A program made the position numbers and the translations under genes. A stretch of DNA of 64,000 nt, from positions 62,001-126,000 of the forward strand of contig NW_027590863.1 in assembly GCF_964213995.1 (NCBI RefSeq). Reading direction: 5' to 3'. The notes beneath the pieces were generated by a model. That model saw only the letters and a list, made by a program, of their open reading frames with translations, searched no databases and was not told the origin of the DNA. Below, in pieces: positions 25,181-37,275 of the stretch (positions are counted from its first letter, which is position 1; the number at the start of each line of letters is the position of its first letter). Origin of the DNA: Mustelus asterias (Eukaryota).

Positions 25181-25324
25181 TGCCCTGTTGCGCATTGCCA
25201 GTTGCTGTTATCTGTTCCTCAATTTGAGGATGATGTCTACTCAGCGTTGAGAGCTTCTGCCACGGGTCTTCATGAGATTGAACTGAAGCGGAGATCTTTG
25301 GACATATTGGGCAGGACCTCCAAA

Positions 25325-25600
25325 TAGCACGGTAGCACAGTGGTTACCACTGCTGCTTTACAGCGCCAGGGACCCGGGTTCAATTCCCAGCTTGGGTCAA
25401 TGTCTGTGTGGAGATTGCACATTCTCCCCGCATCTCCATGGGTTTCCCCTGGGTGCTCCAGTTTCCTCCCACATTCTGAAAGAAGTGCTGGTTAGGGTGC
25501 ATTGACCTGAACAGGTGTCAGAGTGTGGCGACTAGGGGAATTTCACAGTACCTTCATTGCAGTGTTAATCTAAGCCTTGCTTGTGACTAATAGATAAGCA
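25325..25600 (+). mobile_element. V-SINE, alternative-tail subfamily
   Basis: Matches 4795-5060. Confidence 0.75.
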
Positions 25601-25814
25601 TTAAAATTTAAAATAATTAGTGGGATCTGGAGAGCAGAATTTGCTTCCTTTCCTTGTTATGTTGCCACTTTGCCTGATCAATTAAACATCTGGCTCTGTG
25701 TAAAAACCAGGGTCAGATTACCCGAGGCAGAGGGTTGATGCAGTTTGATGGACAAGTTGTCTCCATTCTGAACAATGGGGAACAAGCCCCTCCCACTCAT
25801 TGACACTTTTGCCC

Positions 25815-26440
25815 CCTACAAAGATGGCGGAACGCATGAGCCCTGCTGCTCATTGCCTCCAATAAAGATGGCAGCCGTTAACCCGAGCCGAACAATGGAC
25901 TTTACGGCCCCGCTCGGCGCGAAACATAAAATCCTTTTTTGGGGATGGGCCTGAACAACATGTTTACAAAAACTCTTCACCCACCCGCCAGATCCACCGT
26001 CCCCGCGTCCCGCAATTTTCCTTGTACCGTTTGTGGATTCGAATAAAAACCGTCTGTCTGTCGCCATTACTGCGCTACTGCGCATGCTTAAGATCCCACC
26101 CCCTCATTCACTCCGATTGGTTGGAGGACCAGCCGCTCCTGCTCGTTCCTCCAGGCCCGCCCCCTTTTCCTATTGGTCCAGAGCTGCCGCCAACCAGTCC
26201 CTGGGCATTGTGACGTGGGGCATGCGCAGTGCGGCTCATGTCCAGGGACTGGCGCTTGTTTGTCTGATCTTCAGGCGGGAAGGAGGCGGATAAGCGGAGG
26301 CAGCGTTAGGGGCAGTGGGTGGGAGGGGAGGCTCCACACACCCAGTGGAGGCTTCAACACCCCCAATAAGGAACTAGCGGCACCGCCTCAACACCCAACA
26401 CAACGGCAGCTGCAGCGCTTTCTCCCGGGGCCAGGCCCCA
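25815..26440. promoter_or_regulatory. CpG-island bidirectional promoter (type A) between gene 3 (-) and gene 4 (+)
   Basis: AAGATGGCGG and AAGATGGCAG (YY1), TGCGCATGC, GCATGCGCA, CCAAT (reverse), GC box, TGACGT; homologous to 700-1150. Confidence 0.7.
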
Positions 26441-26858
26441 CTGGACAAATGTGGCTTCAGGAAGGAAATGCAGCAATGGGTTTGTTAATGAGAATCATCT
26501 TTAACTCACTTTACTGACCCTGGAGCAGGAGGAGAGAATGGGGGGAATTTCTGTCCTGCACTCACACTGATGGATTTGTTTTTTTGTGGGTTCTCTCTCA
26601 TTCCCTTTTTCCTGTTTTAAATCAAGTTCACAGGTTTTCAAAAAAGGAGGATTTGCAGCTGGGAAACTGAAACCTAATATCACATCAGAATCTGATGGAG
26701 CCGGCACCAATTTATCAGAACCTGAATGTCATTGTATTTTGAACATGGAAGAAAAATGCACTGTTCACAGTTGAGAGACACTGTACGCACGTTGTGTGTG
26801 TGGACAAGACTTCAATCACTCATCGGGCCTTTTAGACTGTTATTGCAGTCACAAACGG

Positions 26859-27530
26859 ATGATGGCATGGAAATGTGGGGACTGTGGGAAGGGATTTGAT
26901 TTTCCATCACAGCTGGAAACTCATCGGCGCAGCCACACTGGGGAGAAGCCATTCACCTGCTCCTGGTGTGGGAAGGGATTCGCTACCTCATCCCAGCTGC
27001 TGAAACACCAACGAATTCACACTGGAGAGAGGCCATTCACCTGCTCTGTGTGTGGGAAGGGATTCAATCAGTCATCCAACCTAGCAATACACCAGCGAAT
27101 TCACACTGAGGAGAGGCCATTCACCTGCTCTGTGTGTGGGAAGGGATTCAATCAATCATCCAAACTAGCATTACACCAGCGAATTCACACTGGGGAGAAG
27201 CCGTTCACCTGCTCTCAGTGTGGGAAGGGATTCACTCACTCAGCCAATCTGCTGAAACACCAACGAGTTCACACTGGGGAGAGGCCATTCACCTGCTCCC
27301 AGTGTGGGAAGGGATTTACTCACTCATCTCACCTTCGGAAACACCAGCGGATTCACACTGGGGAGAGGCCGTTCACCTGCTCTGTGTGTGGGAAAGGATT
27401 CAAGCAGTCATCCACGCTGATACATCACGAACGGGTTCATACTGGGGAAAGGCCGTTCACTTGTTCCCAGTGTGGGAAGGGATTCATTACCTCATCCAGG
27501 CTGCTGAGACACCAGCGAATTCACAAGTAA
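26859..27530 (+). CDS. C2H2 zinc-finger protein (gene 4), 8 fingers
   Basis: ORF 26796-27530; the ancestral MEEK ATG at 26745 is followed by an in-frame TGA at 26772; next ATG at 26859; acceptor ttcacag near 26632. Confidence 0.75.
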   Translation: MMAWKCGDCGKGFDFPSQLETHRRSHTGEKPFTCSWCGKGFATSSQLLKHQRIHTGERPFTCSVCGKGFNQSSNLAIHQRIHTEERPFTCSVCGKGFNQSSKLALHQRIHTGEKPFTCSQCGKGFTHSANLLKHQRVHTGERPFTCSQCGKGFTHSSHLRKHQRIHTGERPFTCSVCGKGFKQSSTLIHHERVHTGERPFTCSQCGKGFITSSRLLRHQRIHK

Positions 27531-27644
27531 CTATTGTGATTGGATTTTGCTGTCATCCATATTCAGACTGAACCATGTTCATTTGGATCTTTTTCTGCAG
27601 AATTGAAAAATAGCTCCAGCTCTGTTAATAGGTGTTAACATAAT

Positions 27645-28163
27645 TGGTCTTAGAAGAGGTGGATTAGGGGTCAGGAAACTCACACAAAACATCAGATTAG
27701 GATTGGATGGAGTCGCACAATTGATCATAACCAGAAAAGCAGAGAATTTTGAACATGAAAGGACACCACTGTTCACAATCACAATCGAGAGGGGCGGCGA
27801 TGGCCTCATGGTATTGTCGCTAGACTATTAATCCAGAAACTCAGCTAATGTTCTGGGGACCTGGGTTCAAATCCAAGGCAGATGGTGGAATTTGAATTCA
27901 ATTAGAAAAATCTGGAACTATGAATCTACTGATGACCTTGAAACCATTGCTGATTGTTGAAAAAGTTGTCGGGGAGATTTCCTTCTGTAATGTCCTGGTC
28001 TGGCCTACATGTGACTCCAGGTCCGCAGCAATGTGGTTGACTCTCAACTGCCCTCGGGCTACTAGGGATAGGCGATAAATGCTGGCCAGCCAACGACACC
28101 CATATCCCATGAATGAATAAAAAAAGTTACATTGGGGAGAAACCATGGAAATGTGGAGACTGA
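27645..28163 (+). pseudogene. Remnant ZNF leader and first-finger start, split by a SINE (27790-28123)
   Basis: ttttgaacatgaaagg...actgttcaca before the SINE and ggggagaaaccatggaaatgtggagactg (GEKPWKCGD) after it. Confidence 0.55.
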
Positions 28164-29292
28164 GTGTAGTGGGGCTAAATTAGGCTAATAGCAAACAATG
28201 TTTGAGAACTTTAACACAATACTGACTTAAGAGTGAATGATCTTAAAGCACTGACGAGAGCTGTCATTATAAAAGACAGCTCTAACTGAATAACAAGTAT
28301 TCCTCATTTAAAACATGTGTTTTGAATTATAAAATGGATGCAGTTTGCTTTTAGAATACGTTTTGTGAAACTTCAGCCAACGGCAAGATACAGCAGAGTT
28401 TGATGGGATGAGTTAGACGGAGCCTGCATTCTGTAGGACAATGGTTTTACTGAGTGCAGCCAGTCAAAGTCTCTCTCTCTCTCGCGCACTCACAGTCTCT
28501 CTCTCTCTCTCGCGCACTCACAGTCTCTCTCTCTCTCGTGCACTCACAGTCTCTCAGCCACATCTGTGAGTAAAACACTTTCTTTTCTCCCCCTTTCCAT
28601 TTCTTTTCTCATTCTGGGGGAAATTGGGGACTTGCAGCAACTGAAGGGAAAGGAAGTGAATCCAGGGAGGCTGCAGACTCTGGAAAGGTTGGCCCAGGTC
28701 TCTCTCTCTCTCTTAAAGACATTGACATCCTTTGCTCCCTCAGCTTGACACATTTATTTGTCTGGTTAAAAGGATGGTCTGTTTCCTAATGTTCATGATT
28801 AAAGGGTTGGTTTCCCCAGGAAATGGCTGACATTGAAGGGGACAAAGTAATAAGGTATGACAGGTATGTGTATTTTTGGTGTAAATTTATGATTCTTTGT
28901 GGGACACTCATTTTATGTAGCACAGAGTTATGTCTAGTTTTGCTTTTAGGTACCTATTAGATATATTATTTATGGTTCTGTGATAAATTTCATTTATTGT
29001 GATTTCAAGTTTGTAATATAGCACTGTCGTGACATACCTTTCCAGTCATTGATCCATTACAGCACAGAATATGTCCATTCGAGTCCGTGCTGACCCTCTG
29101 TAGAGCAATCCAGTCAGTCCCATTCTCCCGCTGTTCCCCTGTATCTCACAAGATTATTTCCTCCAATTGTCCAGCCAGTTCAGTTGAAATCTTGGATCAT
29201 CTCTAATTCCACCTTCCTCATAAGCAGTGAGTTTGTGTTTGTGAACACTCCGTACCTTAATAAAGTTATTAATGAAATGGTCGTAAATATTT

Positions 29293-29690
29293 TTTGATTT
29301 GATTTTGTTTATTATTGTCACGTATTAGTATACAGTGAGAAGTATTGTTTCTTGCGCGCTATACAGACAAAGCATACCATTTATAGAGAAGGAAATGAGA
29401 GAGTGTAGTGTTACAGTCGTAGCTAGGGTTGAGAGAAAGGTCAACTTAATGCAAGGCTGGTCCATTCAAAAGTCTAATGACAGCAGGGAAGAAGCTGTTC
29501 TTGAGTCAGTTGGTACGTGACCTCACATTTTTGTAACTTTTTCCCGACGGAAGTAGGTGGAAGAGAGAATGTCCGGGATGCGTGGGGTCTTTAATTATGG
29601 TGGCTGCTTTGCTGAGGCGGCGGGAAGTGTAGACAGAGTTAATGGATGGGAGACTGGGTTGCGTGATGGATTGGGCTACATTCCCGACCT
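29293..29690 (-). mobile_element. Rex1/Babar-type LINE 3' fragment
   Basis: ORF AQSITQPSLPSINSVYTSRRLSKAATIIKDPTHPGHSLFHLLPSGK. Confidence 0.7.
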
Positions 29691-30058
29691 CTCTGATCAA
29701 GTCCTCTCTGACAATCTCTGATCAAGTAATGCAGCAGTGTTGATTAAACACATGTTTTCCTCCAGAATCTGTACCTATGTTTTGCATTTAGTCTAGCCGT
29801 CTGCATCAAAGTTTTTAGTTCTCCAGGTCAGGAAGCAGTGAGCATGGGTCTGTCAGTCAGAATCAATCAGCACCTTCACAAGAATTGGGAGGGTATATAT
29901 GAGGTACAGCAGTTTAAGAGTAGAGATAATGTATGAGATTGAGATTTACAGCTTTTGGTGAACAAGTCCAGAAAGAATGTGCAACTAAAAATGAAATTGT
30001 GAATTCTGAATTTTGTTCCCGTACTGACAGGGATGACTTTTGTAAATTCCTTTTACAG

Positions 30059-30945
30059 GTTTTGAGAAGGAGAAGATTTGCAGACAGAAATCTCAAAACC
30101 AAACGTCACGTCAAGACCTGACACATTCACTCAATTCAAAGGGACCTGAATATCATTGGTCTTTCAGTCTAGAATTGAATTGAAGTATGTACAGATGGAG
30201 GGCATTGATTGGATCATTATATGAGTGTGTATGAAGAAAGCGTGTATAAAGAAATGGTGTTCTGTCTGCTTCAGAAGGTTCTAATGATGTGGAGATGCCG
30301 GCGTTGGACTGGGGTAAACACAGTAAGAAGTTTAACAACACCAGGTTAAAGTCCAACAGGTTTATTGGGTAGCAAAAGCCACACAAGCTTTCGGAGCTCC
30401 AAGCCCCTTCTTCAGGTGAGTCACCGCAGTCACACCAGGAAGAGGCTGTTCACCTGCGCTGAGTGTGGGGAGGGATTCACACGGTCATCTCATTTGCTGA
30501 CACACCAGCAAGTTCACACTGGGGAGGGGCCATTCACCTGATCCGTGTGTGGGAAGGGATTCACTCAGTCATCCAACCTGCTGACACACCAGTGAATTCA
30601 CAACAGGGAGATGCCATTCACCTGCTCCTTGGGAAAGATTCACTGAGTCATCCAGTCAGCTGAAATACCAATGTGGTCACACTGGTGAGAGGCCACTGAC
30701 CTGCTCTGAGTGTGGGAAGGAATCCGCTCAGTTATCCAACTTGCTGATGCACCAATGTATTCATACTGGAGAGAGACCATTAATGTGTTGTGTGTGTGAG
30801 AAGAGATTCATTGATTCATCCAATCTGCTGTGACACCAGCAAGTCCACATTGAGGAGAGGCCATTCCCCTGCTTTGAGTTCAGGGAAAGTTTAAATCAGT
30901 CATCCAACTTGCTGACACACCAGCAGGTTCACACCGATTAGAGAC
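30059..30945 (+). pseudogene. ZNF pseudogene (gene 5), about 6 degenerate fingers
   Basis: Acceptor ttttacag at 30058 and the family leader, then fingers with stops and frameshifts; interrupted by an LTR-like piece (30185-30252) and a Penelope terminus (30285-30422). Confidence 0.8.
30382..30418 (-). ncRNA. Minimal hammerhead ribozyme motif in an antisense Penelope terminus
   Basis: Reverse strand CAC-CTGAAGA-A-GGGGC-TTGGA-GCTCC-GAAA-GCTT-GTG. Confidence 0.65.
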
Positions 30946-30957
30946 CTTTTCTTTTTA

Positions 30958-32515
30958 ATCATAGAATCCCTACATTGCAGAAGGAGGTCACTTGGCCCAT
31001 CGAGTCTGCACCGACCACAATGCCACCCAGGCTCCACTCCCATAACCCTACATATTTACCCTGCTAATCTCCTGACACAAAGGGGCAATTTAGCATGGCC
31101 AATCAACCTAACCCGCACATCTTTGGAATGTGGGAGGAAACCAGAGCACCCAGAATAAACCCACGCAAACAAAGAACAGTACAGCACAGGAAACAGGCCC
31201 TTCGGCCCTCCAAGCCTGTGCCGCTCCTTGGTCCAACTAGACCAATCGTTTGTATCCCTCCATTCCCAGGCTGCTCATGTGACTATCCAGGTAAGTCTTA
31301 AACGATGTCAGCGTGCCTGCCTCCACCACCCTACTTGGCAGCGCATTCCAGGCCCCCACCACCCTCTGTGTAAAAAACGTCCCTCTGATGTCTGAGTTAT
31401 ACTTCGCCCCTCTCAGCTTGAGCCCGTGACCCCTCGTGATCGTCACCTCCGACCTGGGAAAAAGCTTCCCACTGTTCACCCTATCTATACCCTTCATAAT
31501 CTTGTATACCTCTATTAGATCTCCCCTCATTCCCCGTCTTTCCAAGGAGAACAACCCCAGTCTACCCAATCTCTCCTCATAGCTAAGACCCTCCATACCA
31601 GGCAACATCCTGGTAAACCTTCTCTGCACTCTCTCCAATGCCTCCACGTCCTTCTGGTAGTGCGGCGACCAGAACTGGACGCAGTACTACAAATGTGGCC
31701 TAACCAGCGTTCTATACAGCTGCATCATCAGACTCCAGCTTTTATACTCTATACCCCGTCCTATAAAGGCAAGCATACCATATGCCTTCTTCACCACCTT
31801 CTCCACCTGTGTTGCCACCTTCAAGGATTTGTGGACTTGCACACCTAGGTCCCTCTGTGTTTCTATACTCCTGATGACTCTGCCATTTATTGTATAACTC
31901 CTCCCTACATTATTTCTTCCAAAATGCATCACTTTGCATTTATCCGGATTAAACTCCATCTGCCACCTCTCCGCCCAATTTTCCAGCCTATCTATATCCT
32001 GCTGTATTGCCCGACAATGCTCTTCGCTATCCGCAATTCCAGCCATCTTCGTGTCATCCGCAAACTTGCTGATTACACCAGTTACACCTTCTTCCAAATC
32101 ATTTATATATATCACAAATAGCAGAGGTCCCAGTACAGAGCCCTGCGGAACACCACTGGTCACAGACCTCCAGCCGGAAAAAGACCCTTCGACCACTACC
32201 CTCTGTCTCCTATGGCCAAGCCAGTTCTCCACCCATCTAGCCACTTCTCCTTGTATCCCATGAGCCTTAACCTTCTTAACCAACCTGCCATGTGGGACTT
32301 TGTCAAATGCCTTACTGAAATCCATATAGACGACATCCACAGCCCTTCCTTCATCAACCGTTTTTGTCACTTCCTCAAAAAACTCCACCAAATTTGTAAG
32401 GCACGACCTCCCTCTTACAAAACCATGCTGTCTGTCACTAATGAAACATGGGGACAATGTGCAAACTCCACACAGACAGTGACCCGAGGCCAGAATTGAA
32501 CCCGGGTCCCTGCCC
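30958..32515 (-). mobile_element. HE1-like SINE split by a 5'-truncated CR1 (31168-32443)
   Basis: SINE halves at 30958-31167 and ~32445-32515; CR1 ORF 31687-32457 has QHGF...DFSKAFD...GVPQGSVLGP...FADDTK; AAACA occurs at both junctions. Confidence 0.85.
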
Positions 32516-32529
32516 TGACTATGGGCGTT

Positions 32530-33110
32530 AATTGTATCAAATCTGTTTAAATATGTAGATAGAGGGCATTGATTGGATAATTATAGGAGTGTGTATGAAG
32601 AAAGTATGTATAAAGAGTTAGGAGTTAATTATATTCCAAGTAAAGATTAGCTCCAATTTCTTCCTTCACTATAAGACTGTCGGGATTATAACATGGTAAC
32701 AGGGAATGTTTGTCTAATGGTGAAGTTTGGAAAATAAAGGAAAGTATATTTCAGACAGAAGCTTCCAATCCCAGCAGCTTTTGTGAGAAATGAGTGAAAG
32801 GCAGTGGGAATTGTCAGGGTCTGATTACCTGCTGATGCTCTCGGAGTCTGAACCATACAACCAGTGGAAGAATGAAGTGGCGATGTGGACACGGGTTACA
32901 TCCCGATCAAGGAGGAAACAAGATCTGGCCTTGGCATTGTCACTTCCTAACACAAGGAAAATCAGCAACAAAGTATTTTTTGAGCTGGATGTCCTTCAGT
33001 GGGCTACTGATCAAGGTTTGGATCTTTTATTAGGTTTCATTGATGTGATTTACAAGAAAGATGATCCGATGGGTGCCTATGAAACATGGTCAGACTTTGT
33101 GGCACCAGCT
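32530..33110 (+). mobile_element. Ty1/copia (GalEa-like) remnant: LTR end, iMet-type PBS and gag N-terminus
   Basis: ...ataaCA followed by TGGTAACAGGGAATG (cf. tRNA-iMet PBS TGGTAGCAGAGGATG) at 32694; ORF PYNQWKNEVAMWTRVT...KQDLALALSLP...DQGLDLLL...IYKKDD...AYETW. Confidence 0.55.
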
Positions 33111-33418
33111 CCGTTTCTGAATGATGAGTTTTGAGACGTGTGTGAACACATGAACATTCTGGTCAGGAACACAGCAGCTGAAAGATGGACTCTGTGAAAG
33201 GAATCACACGGTGATCGATGAAATGCTGCAGAAAATCTGAGCTGATCAGCCAAACTGCAAGTTGGTAACTGCACCGGCCTGGACGGTTCATGTAAAGAAT
33301 TCACTTCATAGAACATAGAACATAGAACATAGAACATTACAGCGCAGAACAGGCCCTTCGGCCCACGATGTTGCACCGACCAGTTAAAAAAAAAAAAAAA
33401 AAACTGTGACCCTCCAAC

Positions 33419-36238
33419 CTAAACCAATTTCTTTTCGTCCATGAACCTATCTACGGATCTCTTAAACGCCCCCAAACTAGGCGCATTTACTACTGATGCT
33501 GGCAGGGCATTCCAATCCCTCACCACCCTCTGGGTAAAGAACCTACCCCTGACATCGGTTCTATAACTACCCCCCCTCAATTTAAAGCCATGCCCCCTCG
33601 TGCTGGATTTCTCCATCAGAGGAAAAAGGCTATCACTATCCACCCTATCTAAACCTCTAATCATCTTATATGTTTCAATAAGATCCCCTCTTAGCCGCCG
33701 CCTTTCCAGCGAAAACAATCCCAAATCCCTCAGCCTCTCCTCATAGGATCTCCCCTCCATACCAGGCAACATCCTGGTAAACCTCCTCTGCACCCTCTCC
33801 AAAGCCTCCACATCCTTCCTGTAATGTGGGGACCAGAACTGCACACAGTACTCCAAGTGCGGCCGCACCAAAGTTGTGTACAGTTGCAACATAACGCTAC
33901 GACTCCTAAATTCAATCCCCCTACCAATAAACGCCAAGACACCATATGCCTTCTTAACAACCTTATCTACTTGATTCCCAACTTTCAGGGATCTATGCAC
34001 ACATACACCTAGATCCCTCTGCTCCTCCACACTATTCAAAGTCCTCCCGTTAGCCCTATACTCAACACATCTGTTATTCCTACCAAAGTGAATTACCTCA
34101 CACTTCTCCGCATTAAACTCCATCCGCCACCTCTCGGCCCAACTTTGCAACCTGTCTAAGTCTTCCTGCAAACTACGACACCCTTCCTCACTGTCTACCA
34201 CACCACCGACTTTGGTGTCATCAGCAAATTTGCTAATCCACCCAACTATACCCTCATCCAGATCATTAATAAATATTACAAACAGCAGTGGCCCCAAAAC
34301 AGATCCCTGAGGTACACCACTTGTAACCGCACTCCATGATGAATATTTACTATCAACCACCACCCTCTGTTTCCTATCCGCTAGCCAATTCCTGATCCAA
34401 TTTCCTAGATCACCCCCAATCCCATACATCTGCATTTTCTGCAGAAGCCTACCATGGTGAACCTTATCAAACGCCTTACTAAAATCCATATATACCACGT
34501 CCACTGCCTTGCCCCCATCCACCTCCTTGGTCACTTTCTCAAAAAACTCAATAAGGTTAGTAAGGCACGACCTACCTGCCACAAAACCATGCTGACTATC
34601 ACCTATCAATTCATTACTCTCCAAATAACTATAAATCCTATCCCTTATAATTTTTTCCAACATCTTGCCGACAACAGAAGTGAGACTCACCGGTCTATAA
34701 TTCCCGGGGAAGTCTCTGTTCCCCTTCTTAAACAATGGGACAACATTCGCTAACCTCCAATCTTCTGGTACTATACCAGAGGCCAACGACGACCTGAAGA
34801 TCAGAGCCAGAGGCTCTGCAATCACTTCTCTTGCCTCCCAGAGAATCCTTGGATAAATCCCATCCGGACCAGGGGATTTATCTATTTTCAGACCCTCCAG
34901 AATATCCTGCACATCCTCCTTATCAACTGTAATACTGTCTATTCTACTCCCTTGCAACCCAGTGTCCTCCTCAGCTATATTCATGTCCCCTTGCGTGAAC
35001 ACCGAAGAGAAATATTGGTTCAATGCTTCACCAATCTCCTCCGGTTCCACACATAACTTCCCTCTGCCATCTATAACTGGCCCTAAACTTGCCCTAACCA
35101 ACCTTCTGTTCTTGACATACCTATAGAACGCCTTAGGATTCTCTTTAACCCTATCCGCCAAAGTCTTCTCATGTCCCCTTTTAGCCCTTCTAAGCTCGCT
35201 CTTCAACTCCCTCTTAGCCAATCTAAAGCTTTCTAGTGCACTACCCGAGTGCTCACGTCTCATCCGAACATAAGCCTCCTTTTTCTTTTTAACCAACAAA
35301 GAAACTTTTTTGGTGCACCACGGTTCCCTAGCCCTACCAATTCCTCCTTGCCTGACAGGGACATACCTATCACAGACTCGCAGTAGCTGCTCCTTGAAAA
35401 AACTCCACATGTCGGACGTTCCCAGTCCCTGTAATCTCCTAGTCCAACCTATGTTTCCTAATTCTCTCCTAATAGCCTCATAATTACCCTTCCCCCAGCT
35501 AAAACCACTGGCCCGAGGTTCATGCCTATCCCTTTCCATCACTAAGGTGAACGTAACCGAATTGTGGTCACTATCACCAAAATGCACACCAACTTCCAAG
35601 TCTAGCACCTGGTCTGGCTCATTTCCCAGCACCAGATCCAATATAGCCTCACCTCTAGTTGGCCTGTCTACATACTGAGTCAAAAAACCTTCCTGCACGC
35701 TTTGAACAAAAACTGACCCCTCTAACGAGCTAGAGCTATAACAATTCCAGTCAATATTAGTCAAGTTAAAATCCCCCATAACAATTGCCCTATTACTTTC
35801 ACTCCTAAGCAGGATTGACTCCGCAATCCTTTCCTCAACCTCTCTAGAACTTTTAGGAGGTCTATAAAAGACTCCCAACAGGGTGACCTCTCCTCTCCTA
35901 TTTCTAATCTCCGCCCATACTACCTCAACAGATAAGTCCTCATCAAACCTCCTCTCTGACACTGTGATACAATCTCTGACCAATAATGCTACCCCTCCCC
36001 CTCTTCTACCTCCTTCCCTACTTCGACTAAAACATTTGAACCCCGGGACCTGCAGCATCCATTCCTGCCCCTGCTCTATCCATGTCTCTGAAATAGCCAC
36101 AACATCGAAGTCCCAGGTACTGATCCACGCTGCAAGTTCACCCACTTTATTGCGAATACTCCTGGCATTGAAGTATACACATTTCAAACCCTGCTCCACC
36201 CCACCTCTGCAATGCCGTGCATTGCAGTCCCCATCCAT
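33419..36238 (-). CDS. LINE ORF2: apurinic endonuclease plus reverse transcriptase
   Basis: 939 aa open; NARS, ISETW, GGGV, YRPP, GDFN, LDLV and SDHN (APE); PGPDG, YRPVSL, DFSKAFD, GVPQGSVLGP and FADD (RT). Confidence 0.95.
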   Translation of the reverse strand: MDGDCNARHCRGGVEQGLKCVYFNARSIRNKVGELAAWISTWDFDVVAISETWIEQGQEWMLQVPGFKCFSRSREGGRRGGGVALLVRDCITVSERRFDEDLSVEVVWAEIRNRRGEVTLLGVFYRPPKSSREVEERIAESILLRSESNRAIVMGDFNLTNIDWNCYSSSSLEGSVFVQSVQEGFLTQYVDRPTRGEAILDLVLGNEPDQVLDLEVGVHFGDSDHNSVTFTLVMERDRHEPRASGFSWGKGNYEAIRRELGNIGWTRRLQGLGTSDMWSFFKEQLLRVCDRYVPVRQGGIGRAREPWCTKKVSLLVKKKKEAYVRMRREHSGSALESFRLAKRELKSELRRAKRGHEKTLADRVKENPKAFYRYVKNRRLVRASLGPVIDGRGKLCVEPEEIGEALNQYFSSVFTQGDMNIAEEDTGLQGSRIDSITVDKEDVQDILEGLKIDKSPGPDGIYPRILWEAREVIAEPLALIFRSSLASGIVPEDWRLANVVPLFKKGNRDFPGNYRPVSLTSVVGKMLEKIIRDRIYSYLESNELIGDSQHGFVAGRSCLTNLIEFFEKVTKEVDGGKAVDVVYMDFSKAFDKVHHGRLLQKMQMYGIGGDLGNWIRNWLADRKQRVVVDSKYSSWSAVTSGVPQGSVLGPLLFVIFINDLDEGIVGWISKFADDTKVGGVVDSEEGCRSLQEDLDRLQSWAERWRMEFNAEKCEVIHFGRNNRCVEYRANGRTLNSVEEQRDLGVCVHRSLKVGNQVDKVVKKAYGVLAFIGRGIEFRSRSVMLQLYTTLVRPHLEYCVQFWSPHYRKDVEALERVQRRFTRMLPGMEGRSYEERLRDLGLFSLERRRLRGDLIETYKMIRGLDRVDSDSLFPLMEKSSTRGHGFKLRGGSYRTDVRGRFFTQRVVRDWNALPASVVNAPSLGAFKRSVDRFMDEKKLV

Positions 36239-36288
36239 GCATCCCTCACTTTCAGCCCCACTACTCAGGATCCCTCCCCCCCCCCGAA

Positions 36289-37218
36289 TCAGTTTAAACC
36301 TCCCTGCATGGCCTTAGCAAATTTACCCCCCAGGATATTGGTCCCCTTCTGATTAAGGTGTAGACCATCCTTCTCATAGAGGTCACACCTTCCCCAGTAC
36401 GAGCCCCAATTGCTTAAGTACCTGAACCCCTCCCTCCTGCACCATCCCCTCAGCCATGAATTCAAACCTTCCCTCTCCCTATTCCTCTCTAAACTATCCC
36501 GTGGTACAGGCAAGAGTCCAGAGATAACCACTCTGTCAGTCTTGGCCTTTAGTTTCCACCCCAACTCCATAAATCCCTGCCTAATATCCCCTTCCCCTAT
36601 CCTCCCTATGTCGTGTGTCCCCACATGTACAATAACTTGTGGTTTATCTCCCTCCCCCCTAAGAGTCCTGAATACCCTGTCAGACACATCCCGGACCCCA
36701 GCCCCTGGTAGGCAACACACCAACCCTGAGTCCCTACCTTTAGTTCCGACCCTCCTATCTGTCCCCTTAATTGTGGAGTCCCCAATCACAAGGCCCAGTC
36801 TTTTACAGCCCCTAACCACCTGAGCTTTCTCACTCGCCTCACCCCCAGAGATCTGCTCTCTATGCTCAGTTGATTCCTCCTCAACTGTAGCCTCCAGCAC
36901 CGAAAACCTATTATGGAGGGGAACCGCCCCAGGGGATTGTCTTCCCGATTGCTTCTTACCCCTCCTCCTGGCATTGACCCAAGCCTCATTTCTAGGAGTT
37001 ACTATTTCTCTATAACTCCTATCAACTTCCACCTCCGCCTCCCGAATTATGCGGAGTTCCTCTACCTCCCCTTCCAGCTCCTTTACACGCTCCTCCAGAA
37101 GCTGCAATCTAATGCACTTCTTACAACTAAAATCTCCTGAAACACTACTGGATTTCCTCACCACATACATCCCACAGGAGATGCAGCATACTGCCTGAAC
37201 TGCCATCCCTGAAGCCAT
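36289..37218 (-). CDS. CR1 ORF1: zinc knuckle/coiled coil plus SGNH esterase
   Basis: CxxC...CxxC, leucine heptads, GDS, HVGTHD and DGLHLN motifs; likely ATG at 37218 (MASG) after a poly-T tract. Confidence 0.9.
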   Translation of the reverse strand: MASGMAVQAVCCISCGMYVVRKSSSVSGDFSCKKCIRLQLLEERVKELEGEVEELRIIREAEVEVDRSYREIVTPRNEAWVNARRRGKKQSGRQSPGAVPLHNRFSVLEATVEEESTEHREQISGGEASEKAQVVRGCKRLGLVIGDSTIKGTDRRVGTKGRDSGLVCCLPGAGVRDVSDRVFRTLRGEGDKPQVIVHVGTHDIGRIGEGDIRQGFMELGWKLKAKTDRVVISGLLPVPRDSLERNREREGLNSWLRGWCRREGFRYLSNWGSYWGRCDLYEKDGLHLNQKGTNILGGKFAKAMQGGLN

Positions 37219-37275
37219 TACCAGCAAGAAAAAAAGAAAAAAAAACAAAAAAAAAAAAAACTTCCCCACACTTCC

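Noticed and set aside
37219-37269. Hydrophobic signal peptide on CR1 ORF1
   Set aside because: Translation of a poly-T tract from a GTG start; the real start is probably the ATG at 37218.
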